A DNA stretch of 64,000 nucleotides from Candidatus Parcubacteria bacterium. Its GTDB lineage: Bacteria; Patescibacteriota; Minisyncoccia; Phycocordibacterales; CAIJYI01. The position numbers and the translations under genes are program-made. Of this stretch, positions 1 to 10,294 are shown piece after piece. The notes beneath the pieces are model-generated. The model was not told where the DNA came from and searched no databases. It worked only from the letters and a program-made list of their open reading frames with translations. The first letter of the stretch is position 1. Every line of letters begins with the position of its first letter. The DNA lies in assembly GCA_026395595.1 (NCBI GenBank), contig JAPLYL010000005.1, positions 12,853-76,852 of the forward strand. Reading direction: 5' to 3'.

Positions 1-1259
1 ACATGATAAATTCCAAAGTAAAAGGCGTGGAATTCATCGTCATGAATACTGATGCGCAGGATTTGCATCACTCGCTCGCTTCAAAAAAAGTTCACATCGG
101 AAAAAATCTCACGAGAGGACTCGGAGCCGGAATGAATCCCGATATCGGCAAACGCGCCGCCGAAGAAACAAAAGAAGAAGTGCAGAGTGTCGTCAAAGGA
201 GCAAACATGATTTTCGCAACTGCGGGAATGGGCGGAGGCACAGGAACAGGTGCAGCGCCAATCATTGCTCGTACCGCAAAAGAACTCGGCATTCTCACCA
301 TCGCTGTCGTCACCAAACCATTTTTCTTTGAAGGAGCGCAAAGAATGCGCATTGCCGAACAAGGCCTTGCCGAACTTCGAGGAGAAGTTGACGCCATGGT
401 CGTTATTCCGAATGACCGTCTTCTCGGAACGATACAAAAAGAAACCACTCTCTCCAATGCCTTCGCTCTTTCCGACGAAGTTCTCCGCCAAGCGGTTGAA
501 GGAATTTCCGACCTTATCACTATGCCGGGTATTATCAACGTAGACTTCGCCGACATCCGCGCCATTATGGAAAACGCCGGCCCGGCCCTTATGGGTATCG
601 GTATGGGCACGGGAGACAAACGCGCCGCCGAAGCGGCGAGATGCGCCATCAATTCACCCCTTCTTGATATCTCCATCAACGGAGCGCGAGGAATTCTTTT
701 TGCTGTTGCTGGAGGAGAAGACATGACCATGTTTGAAATCCAGGAAGCCGCTAAAGTCATTACCGAATCAATAGACAAAGACGCCAAGGTTATCTTCGGA
801 GCCATCAAAGACGACAAACTCAAAAAAGGCGAACTCAAAGTTACCGTTATCGCGACAGGATTTCCTCAAGATTCAAACGGAAGACCTATTGCTTCCCCTA
901 TTAGAAGAGAAGAAACACCAAGGGAGGAAAAAAGAGATGAACCGATAGTGGAAAACAAAACTGCTCCTGTTAAAACCTACATAGAAGCAAAAACAGAAGA
1001 AAAACTCGCTCCGGCAAAAGAATACGGCGAGTCAAAAGAAGAACCAAAAAGAGGACGCATCTACAATAACCTCGGCTTCTCAGGACTCCGTGATCGCCAC
1101 GAAAAAGAAGAAGAACCGATTCATATTGAAGTAAAGGAAGCCCCCGTACAAAATTCAAAACCGTCTTATGTTCCGCCCCTCCCCGAGATAATAGATGATG
1201 ACGAGGAGGACAACGAATGGGGTGTCCCGGCATTTCTTCGAAGATCAAAGTTGAAATAA
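1..1259 (+). CDS. ftsZ: Cell division protein FtsZ, 5'-truncated by the window edge
   Basis: GMGGGTGTG tubulin signature, INVDFAD motif, C-terminal VPAFLRR peptide; N-terminal GVGGGG region lies outside the window. Confidence 0.98.
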   Translation, partial: MINSKVKGVEFIVMNTDAQDLHHSLASKKVHIGKNLTRGLGAGMNPDIGKRAAEETKEEVQSVVKGANMIFATAGMGGGTGTGAAPIIARTAKELGILTIAVVTKPFFFEGAQRMRIAEQGLAELRGEVDAMVVIPNDRLLGTIQKETTLSNAFALSDEVLRQAVEGISDLITMPGIINVDFADIRAIMENAGPALMGIGMGTGDKRAAEAARCAINSPLLDISINGARGILFAVAGGEDMTMFEIQEAAKVITESIDKDAKVIFGAIKDDKLKKGELKVTVIATGFPQDSNGRPIASPIRREETPREEKRDEPIVENKTAPVKTYIEAKTEEKLAPAKEYGESKEEPKRGRIYNNLGFSGLRDRHEKEEEPIHIEVKEAPVQNSKPSYVPPLPEIIDDDEEDNEWGVPAFLRRSKLK

Positions 1260-1263
1260 AAAA

Positions 1264-1342
1264 AATAGAAGGATAATAAAATAGCAAAATAGAAAAATTA
1301 TTACCGGCGTAGTAATCTTTCTATTTTGCTATTTTATTATTT
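1264..1342. repeat. Inverted array of ~8-bp AAAATAG(C/A) units after ftsZ
   Basis: ATAATAAAATAGCAAAATAGAAA ... TTTCTATTTTGCTATTTTATTAT; similar units at ~13350-13380 and ~18873-19113. Confidence 0.7.
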
Positions 1343-1416
1343 TTTCCTGATTCGGCTTTTTTTTCTTTTTATATTATAATTGACTTAACCTATTTATTTT
1401 TTAATTTTTCACCTCT

Positions 1417-2340
1417 ATGTACGACCTCATTATCATCGGCGGCGGTCCCGCTGGCGCATCAGCGGCCATTTACGCAGCCCGCAAACAACTTAAAACACTG
1501 GTTATCGCCGGAGAATTCGCCGGACAGTCAGTCGTTTCCGAAGACATTCAAAACTGGATCGGAACCATTTCCATTTCAGGAAAAGCTCTTGCTGATAGTA
1601 TGCACGCGCAGATGCTCGCCTACTCCCACGGATTCGTAGAAGAAAAAATCGGGCAGAAAGTTACTGCCGTCAAAAAACTTCCGGAAGGATTTTCCGTTGA
1701 AACCGATGACGGAAAAACATACACCGCAAAAACGGTATTCATCGGAGTTGGAAGCAGCCGCCGAAAACTCGCCGTTCCGGGAGCTGATCAATACGAACAT
1801 AAAGGCATTACGTACTGTGCTTCATGCGACGGCCCTCTTTTTGAAGGACAAGATGTTATCGTCGTTGGAGGAGGAAATGCCGGTTTTGAAACCGCTTCCC
1901 AGCTTCTCGCTTACGCCAAAAGCGTTACCCTCATCAACAACGCCAAAGATTATTTCGCCGATCCCGTAACCATACAAAAAGTCCTCAATCATCCCAATAT
2001 GAAAGGGATTACCGACGTTACACCGATAGAAGTGAAGGGCGATAAATTCGCGAATGTTTTAGTTTACAAAGACAACAAAACAGGAGAAATAACGGAACTC
2101 CCGACCGGAGGCATCTTCGTAGAAATCGGTTTAGCCCCCGCGACAGGCTTTCTCAAAGGAATCGTGGAAATGACCGAAGGCGGACAAATAAAAGTTGACC
2201 CGCGCAGCGGAAAGACCCTCACCCCCGGCATCTGGGCCGCCGGCGATTGCACTGACCTCCCTTATCATCAAAACAACATAGCCGTAGGCGATGCGGTCCG
2301 AGCCCTGGAAGACCTCTACATCTACCTCAAAACCAAATAA
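1417..2340 (+). CDS. trxB: Thioredoxin-disulfide reductase (TrxB/AhpF C-terminal type)
   Basis: GGGPAG FAD motif, CASC redox motif, GGGNAG NAD(P)H motif, WAAGD. Confidence 0.88.
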   Translation: MYDLIIIGGGPAGASAAIYAARKQLKTLVIAGEFAGQSVVSEDIQNWIGTISISGKALADSMHAQMLAYSHGFVEEKIGQKVTAVKKLPEGFSVETDDGKTYTAKTVFIGVGSSRRKLAVPGADQYEHKGITYCASCDGPLFEGQDVIVVGGGNAGFETASQLLAYAKSVTLINNAKDYFADPVTIQKVLNHPNMKGITDVTPIEVKGDKFANVLVYKDNKTGEITELPTGGIFVEIGLAPATGFLKGIVEMTEGGQIKVDPRSGKTLTPGIWAAGDCTDLPYHQNNIAVGDAVRALEDLYIYLKTK

Positions 2341-2440
2341 AAAAATCACTTGACGGTTTCACCGCCAAGTGACTTGACGAAAAGAGTATTCGCTATATAA
2401 TCAAGCTCAGACAGCAACTCTGGACAAAGGAGCTTGAAAA

Positions 2441-2941
2441 ATGAAAGTAAAATACAGAAAAAACGGAAAACGCGCTTTTCGCTGCATAAAAATACCAAAA
2501 CAACTCATACCAGTAAAAGAAACTGTTACGACTGAAATCACGACGTTGCCGGCGGTGCCCTTCACGCCGAAAAAGAAAAAAAGTTTTTTCAGAACAAACA
2601 TTCTTTTTTTCTTTCTGATAGCCCTTTTGCTTGTCATCACCTTCGGGACTTGCTTTTCTCCGAAGATGATACAACAGGAAAATCAGGCTTACGTCGCTTC
2701 GGTGGAAAAAGTCACCAAGGACATTGTCATGATTCCTTCAGGAAGATTGGTATTCTATGAAAATGCTTGGAAATTTCCAACAGTACGAGCCGTTATTATC
2801 GATGATTTCAGTTATGATCTCAAAGACGGCCGTTGTATTTCATTTCATAAAGTCTTCACTGACACAAAGTCAAAAGAATGTTTTGGTACCATAAACAGAA
2901 CAGACGCCGAAAAAATAAATAACGTTCAAGAAGAACAATAA
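2441..2941 (+). CDS. Hypothetical single-TM protein
   Basis: TTGACG-16-TATAAT promoter at 2374-2401, AAGGAG SD, one hydrophobic helix, downstream terminator. Confidence 0.65.
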   Translation: MKVKYRKNGKRAFRCIKIPKQLIPVKETVTTEITTLPAVPFTPKKKKSFFRTNILFFFLIALLLVITFGTCFSPKMIQQENQAYVASVEKVTKDIVMIPSGRLVFYENAWKFPTVRAVIIDDFSYDLKDGRCISFHKVFTDTKSKECFGTINRTDAEKINNVQEEQ

Positions 2942-2945
2942 AAAC

Positions 2946-2974
2946 AAACTCCGCGATAATTCGCGGAGTTTTTT
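2946..2974. terminator. Bidirectional intrinsic terminator
   Basis: AAACTCCGCGA-taat-TCGCGGAGTTT flanked by A and T tracts. Confidence 0.8.
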
Positions 2975-3201
2975 GTGAGCAGTAGAGGAATTTCGCTCAT
3001 TACATGAGCAGTACAGGTTTCACCACAAGAGTACTTCCATTTTAATAGTCGCTTTGCTCCTTTAAAATTAGGTCGCGTGTCTCGTTTCGCCGACCTTGGC
3101 TCACTACGACACTCTCAACCTCTTCGAATCCTCCCGCAAGTAAAGCGGTTCACTTGCTTACCGCCCACAAATAAAAAAGCCTCAACGGGCTTTTTTATTT
3201 G
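2975..3201 (-). repeat. tRNA-Val 3'-associated module (terminator, split inverted copy of tRNA 3' end, degenerate direct copy)
   Basis: TTCGAATCCTC (3123-3133) and TACCGCCCAC (3159-3168) are the inverted tRNA end; GTGAGCAGTAGAGGAATT (2975-2992) is a degenerate direct copy. Confidence 0.85.
3021..3074 (+). mobile_element. 54-bp dispersed element, copy 1
   Basis: CACCACAAGAGTACTTCCATTTTAATA...TTTAAAATTAGGTC; matches 32879, 39188 (reverse) and 43105. Confidence 0.85.
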
Positions 3202-3274
3202 TGGGCGGTAGAGGATTCGAACCTCTGACATCTACAACGTCAATGTAGCGCTCTACCAACTGAGCTAACCGCCC
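3202..3274 (-). tRNA. tRNA-Val (GAC)
   Basis: GGGCGGT/ACCGCCC acceptor stem, CTACA-TTGACGT-TGTAG anticodon arm, GGTTCGAATCC T arm. Confidence 0.96.
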
Positions 3275-3476
3275 TTATTCAATTGTACTCACTCGGCGTT
3301 ATCAGCCAAAATTCTTTTGTAACCTTTCAAGAGGCTACACAGTTGATAGTATCATACCCACAGAGAAATTTCCAGAGGATTACAGTGAAAAGTCTCTTTA
3401 CTCCAAACTATTGCATTTATAATATATCTATGGTATAATGAGAACAAGCTTAAAAAGCAAATAAACATACATCTTT

Positions 3477-4220
3477 ATGCCAACACAGCAAAAAAAGACG
3501 AAGCATGTTCCCAACTCAAAAACAGGCGCGCCAAAAGACGTCGCAGACTTTCGCGGGTCATTCCCTTGGAGAATCTTTCGCATTATGTCCGAATTTGTTG
3601 ACGGTTGGCAATTTCTTGCCGACTTTGACAAGACCGTAACTGTTTTCGGTTCTGCAAGAACAGGAGAAGATGATCGTTGGTACAAAGAAGCGCAAAAACT
3701 TGGAAAAATACTCGCCAAAGACGGTTATTCTATCGTCACCGGCGGTGGTCCCGGAATAATGGAAGCAGCAAACAGAGGCTCTTTTGAAAACGGGGGCGGA
3801 TCCATCGGTTTGGACATCAAACTCCCCTTTGAACAGAAAGAAAATCCGTACGTCAGAAAAGGAGTTGGTTTCTACTACTTCTTTGTCAGAAAGGTTATGC
3901 TCGCTTACTCAGCCCGCGCCTATATCTATTTCCCGGGAGGATTCGGAACTTTGGACGAACTCTTTGAAATCGTCACTCTTATCCAAACCAAAAAAGTCAC
4001 TCAGACTATTCCGGTCGTTCTCATCGGAAAAGAATTCTGGACCCCGATGCTTAAATGGATAAATGAAACAGTCATTGATAAATATCAAGCCGCCAGCGTT
4101 GAAGACAAAGCCATCTATCGGGTAGTAGATACTGCGGAAGAAGCTTACGAGATTATCAAAAAAGCTCCTGCTCGTCACGAATTTGAAGAGTACGTTACCA
4201 CCCACAAATCACACGCTTAA
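3477..4220 (+). CDS. LOG family (TIGR00730-type) nucleotide phosphoribohydrolase
   Basis: VFGSAR, TGGGPGIMEAANRG, PGGFGTLDE motifs. Confidence 0.93.
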   Translation: MPTQQKKTKHVPNSKTGAPKDVADFRGSFPWRIFRIMSEFVDGWQFLADFDKTVTVFGSARTGEDDRWYKEAQKLGKILAKDGYSIVTGGGPGIMEAANRGSFENGGGSIGLDIKLPFEQKENPYVRKGVGFYYFFVRKVMLAYSARAYIYFPGGFGTLDELFEIVTLIQTKKVTQTIPVVLIGKEFWTPMLKWINETVIDKYQAASVEDKAIYRVVDTAEEAYEIIKKAPARHEFEEYVTTHKSHA

Positions 4221-4354
4221 AAGTTTACAAAAAAAAGAATAAACCCCGACCAAACAGCCGGGGCTTATTCTTGTCTAAAAATCCCCAACATATATTTCCG
4301 TTTACATGAATAATCCGATATAATCAGAGATACCGATTAAAAAATTCCGGAATC

Positions 4355-6193
4355 ATGCAAACCATACTAAAAAAACATTTTGGATACGACGAATTTAGAC
4401 CTCACCAAAAAGAAGTCATAGAACAGGTGCTTGCGGGTAAAGACTGCGTTGTCCTTATGCCGACGGGCGGAGGAAAATCATTGTGTTTTCAAATTCCCGC
4501 GCTCATGATGGACGGGCTCACTATCGTTGTTTCCCCTCTTATTTCTCTCATGAAAGACCAAGTGGATGCGCTTCAAATGAACGGCATCGCGGCCGATCTC
4601 TGGAACAGCACTCTTTCCCGCGACGAAGTCATTAGTGTGGCGCAGCGAGTAAAAAGCAGAGAGCTCAAGATTCTTTACGTTGCCCCCGAACGTTTCGCTG
4701 TCGCCGGTTTTGATACGTTCCTGCATACTTTAAAATTAAGTCTGATTGCCGTAGACGAAGCGCACTGCATTTCCGAATGGGGCCACGACTTCCGACCCGA
4801 CTATCGCAATCTTAACCTCCTTCGCGCAAAATTCCCAAATGTTCCCGTTATCGCTCTCACCGCAACCGCCACCGAGAAAGTCCGCGAGGATATCATAAAA
4901 CAATTGGATTTGAAAAAACCGCAGATATTCATTTCCAGTTTTAACCGCCCGAATTTATCCTACGAAGTTCTGCCAAAAAAAGATTCCTTGCGAACGGTTC
5001 TCTCGCTTTTAAAAGAATATCAAGACGAAAGCGCGATCATTTATTGCTTCTCCCGCAACGATACGGAAAAGCTCGTCGCCAATCTCAAAAAGAACGGCAT
5101 AAAAGCCGCCCCGTATCATGCAGGACTGAACGCCGATATCCGAAAAGAAAATCAGGAAAAATTCATTCAGGACAAAGTAAACGTCATCGTCGCCACTATC
5201 GCTTTCGGTATGGGAATAGACAAACCCGACGTGCGTTTGGTTATCCATCACAGCATGCCGAAATCCGTTGAAGGATACTATCAGGAAACGGGACGTGCCG
5301 GCCGCGATGGATTGCCTGCCCGATGCGTTCTCCTTTTTTCCTACGCCGACAAATTTAAACACGACTATTTCATTCGTGCCATGCACGGAGCCGAACAGTG
5401 CTCGGCGCAAGAAAAACTGGAACACGTCATTTCTTACGGAAATCATGCCGGTTGCCGACGCCGTTTTTTGCTCCGGTATTTTGACGAAAACTACGAACCC
5501 GATAATTGTGAAAACTGTGATGGATGCATCGGAAGAACATTCACGGAAATTTTTGAAGACGATGCGCCGATCAAAATGAAAAAACGTCCGACCGCCCCGG
5601 ATGTTGAGTACGATACCGCACTCTTTGATGAACTCCGCGCTGTTAGAAAACAACAAGCGGAAAACCTCGGCGTTCCGCCCTACATTGTTTTCGGCGATAA
5701 AACTCTCCGTGAGATGGCAATCCATTATCCTCAAACCGAAACCGCCTTTTTAGAGATTAGCGGAGTCGGCCATCAAAAACTGGAACAATTTGGTGAACCG
5801 TTTATTTCCGCCATCTGCCAATACGTTGAGTCGCACGATATTCATACTAACCACAACCCTGTCCCGACCGTCGCAAAAAAAGCCAAACCCATCTACGAAG
5901 GTTCAACCTTTGACGAAACCAAAAAATTCCTCAAACAAAAAATCGGAATAAACGCCATCGCCGAAATCCGAGGACTCGCACCCGCCACCATCATCAATCA
6001 CGCAGAAAAACTTTCCACGGAAGACCCAACGCTGGATATTTCCTACCTCAAACCCGAACCGGAGCGATTCGCAAAAATCGCTGAAGCCTTCCAAAAAACC
6101 TCCAATTCCGCTCTCTCCCCTGTCCGAGAAATTTTAGGCGAAGAATACTCCTTTGACGAGATACGCCTCGCCAGAATCTTTTTGGATCAATAA
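4355..6193 (+). CDS. recQ: ATP-dependent DNA helicase RecQ with HRDC and C-terminal HTH
   Basis: MPTGGGKS, DEAHCISEWGHDFRP, QETGRAGRDG, Zn-binding Cys cluster, HRDC region PPYIVF. Confidence 0.96.
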   Translation: MQTILKKHFGYDEFRPHQKEVIEQVLAGKDCVVLMPTGGGKSLCFQIPALMMDGLTIVVSPLISLMKDQVDALQMNGIAADLWNSTLSRDEVISVAQRVKSRELKILYVAPERFAVAGFDTFLHTLKLSLIAVDEAHCISEWGHDFRPDYRNLNLLRAKFPNVPVIALTATATEKVREDIIKQLDLKKPQIFISSFNRPNLSYEVLPKKDSLRTVLSLLKEYQDESAIIYCFSRNDTEKLVANLKKNGIKAAPYHAGLNADIRKENQEKFIQDKVNVIVATIAFGMGIDKPDVRLVIHHSMPKSVEGYYQETGRAGRDGLPARCVLLFSYADKFKHDYFIRAMHGAEQCSAQEKLEHVISYGNHAGCRRRFLLRYFDENYEPDNCENCDGCIGRTFTEIFEDDAPIKMKKRPTAPDVEYDTALFDELRAVRKQQAENLGVPPYIVFGDKTLREMAIHYPQTETAFLEISGVGHQKLEQFGEPFISAICQYVESHDIHTNHNPVPTVAKKAKPIYEGSTFDETKKFLKQKIGINAIAEIRGLAPATIINHAEKLSTEDPTLDISYLKPEPERFAKIAEAFQKTSNSALSPVREILGEEYSFDEIRLARIFLDQ

Positions 6194-6365
6194 AAAACCT
6201 TCAACGTTTAGATATTGAAGGTCTTTAATCGCATTGCAAGGTCTTTCCTTAAGGAGGAAGGGAAAGTATGAAAACCGTAGGTTTTCATCATGCGTAGCGA
6301 CCCGCGGGAGCGTCGTGAAAAATTGACTGCCCTTAGGGCTATTAAACTCTGTTAGCATCTTCGTT

Positions 6366-6401
6366 GCCGGAGCGGGTTTGTAACCCGCTCCGGAACATTT
6401 G
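6366..6401 (+). repeat. REP-like hairpin (GCCGG...AACATTTG family)
   Basis: CCGGAGCGGGTT-tgt-AACCCGCTCCGG followed by AACATTTG; same frame at 18948-18983 and 19032-19067. Confidence 0.75.
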
Positions 6402-6426
6402 TATAACCAAACAAACTTAAAACTTT

Positions 6427-7167
6427 TTACTTTACCGTCCATCCGCCATCAACCACGAGCACTTGCCCGGTAATATAGTCCGCTTTGTCCGAAGCCAAAA
6501 ACACGACCGCATTCGCGATATCCTCCGGCTGTCCGTATCTTTTTGCCGGTATGCCCGCAATCATTTGCTGTTTCGTTTCCTCCGCCATCGCTCCTGAAGC
6601 TCCAGGGGTTTCAATCGCGCCCGGAGCAACCGCATTCACATTTATCTTTCTCGGCGCCAATTCCAAAGCCAGCGCGCGAACCATACCGTTTATTCCTCCC
6701 TTGGAAGCGCAATAATGAACGAGTCCTTCAAATCCGACGACAGAAGCGATAGAAGAAATGTTTACGATCTTTCCTCCCGATTGCATCACCTTTGCCGATG
6801 CTTGAGACGTAAGAAAAATACTTTTCAAATTGACATTCATCACTTTATCCCAATCGCTTTCCGTCATCTTTTCAAAAGGAACAAAAGGATAAATGCCCGC
6901 GTTGTTCACCAAAATATCCAGCTTCCCGAACTCCTTCATCGTCCCCGCAATCAAAGCGTCAACCTCCTCTTTTTTGGAAACGTCGCATTTTATTCCAATT
7001 GCTTTCACCCCTTCACTTTTTAATTTTTCCGCGACCACATCGCAATCGTTCTGATCAATATCGCTCACCACGACATTACACCCTTCTTTTGCGAGCGCCA
7101 AAGCAATCCCCAACCCAATCCCCTGTCTCCCTCCGGTAACAATAGCCACTTTATCTTTTAACATCAT
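6427..7167 (-). CDS. Short-chain dehydrogenase/reductase (FabG-like)
   Basis: TGGRQGIG, NNAG, YCASK catalytic motif, VDGG. Confidence 0.93.
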   Translation of the reverse strand: MMLKDKVAIVTGGRQGIGLGIALALAKEGCNVVVSDIDQNDCDVVAEKLKSEGVKAIGIKCDVSKKEEVDALIAGTMKEFGKLDILVNNAGIYPFVPFEKMTESDWDKVMNVNLKSIFLTSQASAKVMQSGGKIVNISSIASVVGFEGLVHYCASKGGINGMVRALALELAPRKINVNAVAPGAIETPGASGAMAEETKQQMIAGIPAKRYGQPEDIANAVVFLASDKADYITGQVLVVDGGWTVK

Positions 7168-7310
7168 GTTTGTATGGTATTAGTAATAATTCCCCTTCAT
7201 TATATCACGAAGAAAAATCAAAACAAAAAACCGCCCATGCGGTTTTTTGTAATGTGATTCGTCTCGAGATAGTAGCAACTTCAATTTTTATATTATTTAC
7301 TCTTTATTCG

Positions 7311-9437
7311 TTATTTTCCCTCAAACTGTGTCTGAATTTTTCGTCGGATTTCGTCCATTTGCTCCTCTTCCATTGTTTGTGTTTTTTGTCGAATTGATTC
7401 AATTTCCATTTTTCTTCGTTCTTCCCTGAGATTTTCAAGCTGTTTTTGCGTCTCAGCTCCATTATCCAACATTTTTTGAATTTTTTGTGAATTTTGAAGT
7501 ATTTGTTCTGAGAGAGATTTTATTTCCTCAGATGATTTTCCTTGGAAAAAATTCATTTTTACCAAACCAGCTTCATTCACACCTTCTTCTCTCGCTGTTT
7601 TTATTATTGTTTCAAAGTCGGCACTCCCTCCAAGTTTGTCAATCATTTTAATCATATAAGCGGCAACTTTTTCATATTCTATTGCATTTGACAAATCTTC
7701 CGCCTTGTTTGAATAGGTACTCTGCTTTTCTTTTTCGGTTTGAGATATTTCTTGTGCCCCGTCAATCTCCGCAATCTTGTTTTGAATAAGCGGGTCCGGA
7801 TTTTCTTGAGATTCAATTACTTTTTTGATTTCAACGATCCTTTCTTCCAGACTAAGATTCCTTTTGTTTGATAACGCTTCTTCCTGTGTTACTTTATTGA
7901 AATCGTCACTGAGAAGATCAATAATTTCTCCATTTGGTTGAATATTGTATACAGGAAGACCGAACTCTTTCCCAATATCAAAAGCCTGCTTCATTGCTTC
8001 CTTTGCGTTGGAAAAACCGGATAGACGTGTGGTATCAATAAAAACTCCGGCAACCTTTGGTTTTTCAACGACTATCTCGTTCCATTCTCCAACTTGTATA
8101 TCCCAATCACCGCGTTCTCTTTTTAACGCTTTCTCCGTGTTTTTCTCTATATTTTCTTGGACTGATGACTTTAAATTTTTATCATATGTTGAACGGCGAA
8201 TAAAAGGATTATCAGCGTAGGTTCCCGCGTCTGATCCGTATGCGCTCAAAACAGTTCCTTCTCCGACAATTAAGCCTATTGGGGTAAACGTTTTTGATTC
8301 CGTATCTTCTCCAGAGAGATTGACGGTTGAAACCGATATTGTCGGTTCAACACCCATAACCATTCTTGCTCTATCCATTGCTGTGACCTTTATTTTTCCA
8401 AAGTTTGCCGTGTCAGAGTCATACTGTAAGGTATGCAGAAATATCACATTTTTTTCTTGAGAAAGAGAGTTAATATCTCTTTCTTTACTTTTTTCTTGTT
8501 CAAATTTTTCTTTTATTCCAGATTGTTCTTCATAAAATTTACGGAGTTCGTTTTTTGCTTCGTCCGCCTCGTTCTCGTCAAGCACTACCTCGCCGAATTC
8601 ATTGATTATTTCTTTTTTCTCTGCAATGTTTTTTTGAAGATTCTCAGATTTGATTTCCAGATCGGAAAGTCCCGGCTCTCCCGGCAACTCTTTTTTGATG
8701 CCAAAAAAGTTCGCAATTTTATACGTTATTTTATTTTTTTCTTTTTCAAGTTCTCCTTGTTTTACCTCTATGTTTTTTTGTATTTCGCCGGCTGAATTTT
8801 CAAGGTTGGCAATTTCAATTTCTGTTGCTTCTTTTTTTGTCGTATTTTCTAAATTTTGGTTTGCGATGGAAGCTTTTTTCTCCCGTACGCTTGCACGTAT
8901 TTCTCTAATTTTTTCAGCCATTTGGTCACGCCAGAAACCTGAGTATTTCTTGGTGAAATCATACGCCTCTTCTTTAGGTGTCGGGGGGATATCTTCTTTT
9001 TTAGAAATAGCATTGATTTCTTCTTCGCTGAGTTCTGTTGAAATTCCGGATTGTTCATTCTCTTTTGTTTGGATAGCGGTTTCAGATTCTTCTTTCTTGC
9101 TCTCAGCGAGTTTTTTCCACTGAGAAAAAGAGTATTCTGAAGACCCCCAATTTTCTTTATTGTTTAGCGCAGGAACTCCGATACTGACATCTTGTTCTAC
9201 CGCGTTATTAACAAGTTCGCTACGAATTTTTTCAGTAGCGGGCGAGGCGAATATCTTTCCGTTTTCATCTGAAAAAACAATAACCCCATTTGTTTCATTC
9301 CATGTGTTCGGTTGCATATGCATATTCTCCGTTGATTGGCCGATAATTTGCAACTGTCCAATATCCATCGCATTTTCTTTTAGTTTATTTAAAACAGCAG
9401 CGGATGTGTTTTCTCGTTGAGGGAATAATTCTTTCAT
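7311..9437 (-). CDS. Large E/K-rich coiled-coil hypothetical protein
   Basis: 708-aa open frame; coiled-coil segments flank a globular central region; no recognised motif. Confidence 0.8.
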   Translation of the reverse strand: MKELFPQRENTSAAVLNKLKENAMDIGQLQIIGQSTENMHMQPNTWNETNGVIVFSDENGKIFASPATEKIRSELVNNAVEQDVSIGVPALNNKENWGSSEYSFSQWKKLAESKKEESETAIQTKENEQSGISTELSEEEINAISKKEDIPPTPKEEAYDFTKKYSGFWRDQMAEKIREIRASVREKKASIANQNLENTTKKEATEIEIANLENSAGEIQKNIEVKQGELEKEKNKITYKIANFFGIKKELPGEPGLSDLEIKSENLQKNIAEKKEIINEFGEVVLDENEADEAKNELRKFYEEQSGIKEKFEQEKSKERDINSLSQEKNVIFLHTLQYDSDTANFGKIKVTAMDRARMVMGVEPTISVSTVNLSGEDTESKTFTPIGLIVGEGTVLSAYGSDAGTYADNPFIRRSTYDKNLKSSVQENIEKNTEKALKRERGDWDIQVGEWNEIVVEKPKVAGVFIDTTRLSGFSNAKEAMKQAFDIGKEFGLPVYNIQPNGEIIDLLSDDFNKVTQEEALSNKRNLSLEERIVEIKKVIESQENPDPLIQNKIAEIDGAQEISQTEKEKQSTYSNKAEDLSNAIEYEKVAAYMIKMIDKLGGSADFETIIKTAREEGVNEAGLVKMNFFQGKSSEEIKSLSEQILQNSQKIQKMLDNGAETQKQLENLREERRKMEIESIRQKTQTMEEEQMDEIRRKIQTQFEGK

Positions 9438-9511
9438 AATGAAATTATATTAATTCTTTGTTCTCCTTCATTATATCTTTTTTAATTATTTTTGAAAAAG
9501 AAAAAACCTAT

Positions 9512-9567
9512 TGAACCGGACCCCAAAAAGTGGACCCGAAAGTGTCCACTTTTTGGGGTCCGGTTCA
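9512..9567. mobile_element. Perfect 24-bp inverted repeat resembling two joined IS3-family ends
   Basis: TGAACCGGACCCCAAAAAGTGGAC-8 bp-GTCCACTTTTTGGGGTCCGGTTCA; TG...CA termini. Confidence 0.65.
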
Positions 9568-9817
9568 GCCTGGTAGTTTTTGTACATGAGGTGACGATTG
9601 GCGGAACTTTGAACCAACAAGTAGGTTAAATTCCACCAAGCTTAATAAAAGTATACAAAAACTGAGGAAAATCTACAGAGAAAATCCTGCGTATTTTGAA
9701 ATTTCGGAGTTTGCACAGAAAACCTACTAAACATCAAAGCGTCCGACCGAACCGACAATTTTTCTCTGTCCTATTATATTATACAACAAACTTTCCGTTA
9801 TTATCCGCTACAATCGG

Positions 9818-10138
9818 CTACACACCTTGAACCTTTTTATTTTTTAACTTCCGAACAAGGAAAAAAGCTAAAACAAAAAAGACTTCCCATATAGCAGCAG
9901 ATAAAATTATCCCGCTTGTCGTGGGTAGTGACCAATAAGCAGTTACATACATACCTAATCCTTTAAGCAGAGGAGTAAATGGTAGAGTAGGTAAAATTAC
10001 CGACATGGCTAAAATTTCTGATAGCGTTCTGACTACGCTCGGCAATTGCATGTCGAAATTGTTTAGAAGGAATGAAGCTAGGAAAGTTAAGCACATGTAG
10101 ATTGGAAAAGCTATAGCTAGAAATCTAAAAAATTTCAT
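9818..10138 (-). CDS. Small membrane protein
   Basis: 106 aa with three hydrophobic segments; AT-rich, downstream of tRNA-Ser. Confidence 0.65.
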   Translation of the reverse strand: MKFFRFLAIAFPIYMCLTFLASFLLNNFDMQLPSVVRTLSEILAMSVILPTLPFTPLLKGLGMYVTAYWSLPTTSGIILSAAIWEVFFVLAFFLVRKLKNKKVQGV

Positions 10139-10294
10139 ATTTTGTGATTAATTTAGTTAATGATTTTATTTTAGCATATTTTATACAACTGACCTTCGGT
10201 TCGAATCCCTTGCAGGTAAGCATATTTTATCAAATTTTGTTTTTAAAATGTGCCGTAAAATAAGGATTTTTACTTGCTCATTTTTCAAAACCAT

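Noticed and set aside
2975-3168. Extra or split tRNA genes from T-arm-like fragments (also ~10198 and 20985)
   Set aside because: Only 3' fragments, with no D or anticodon arm; treated as repeats
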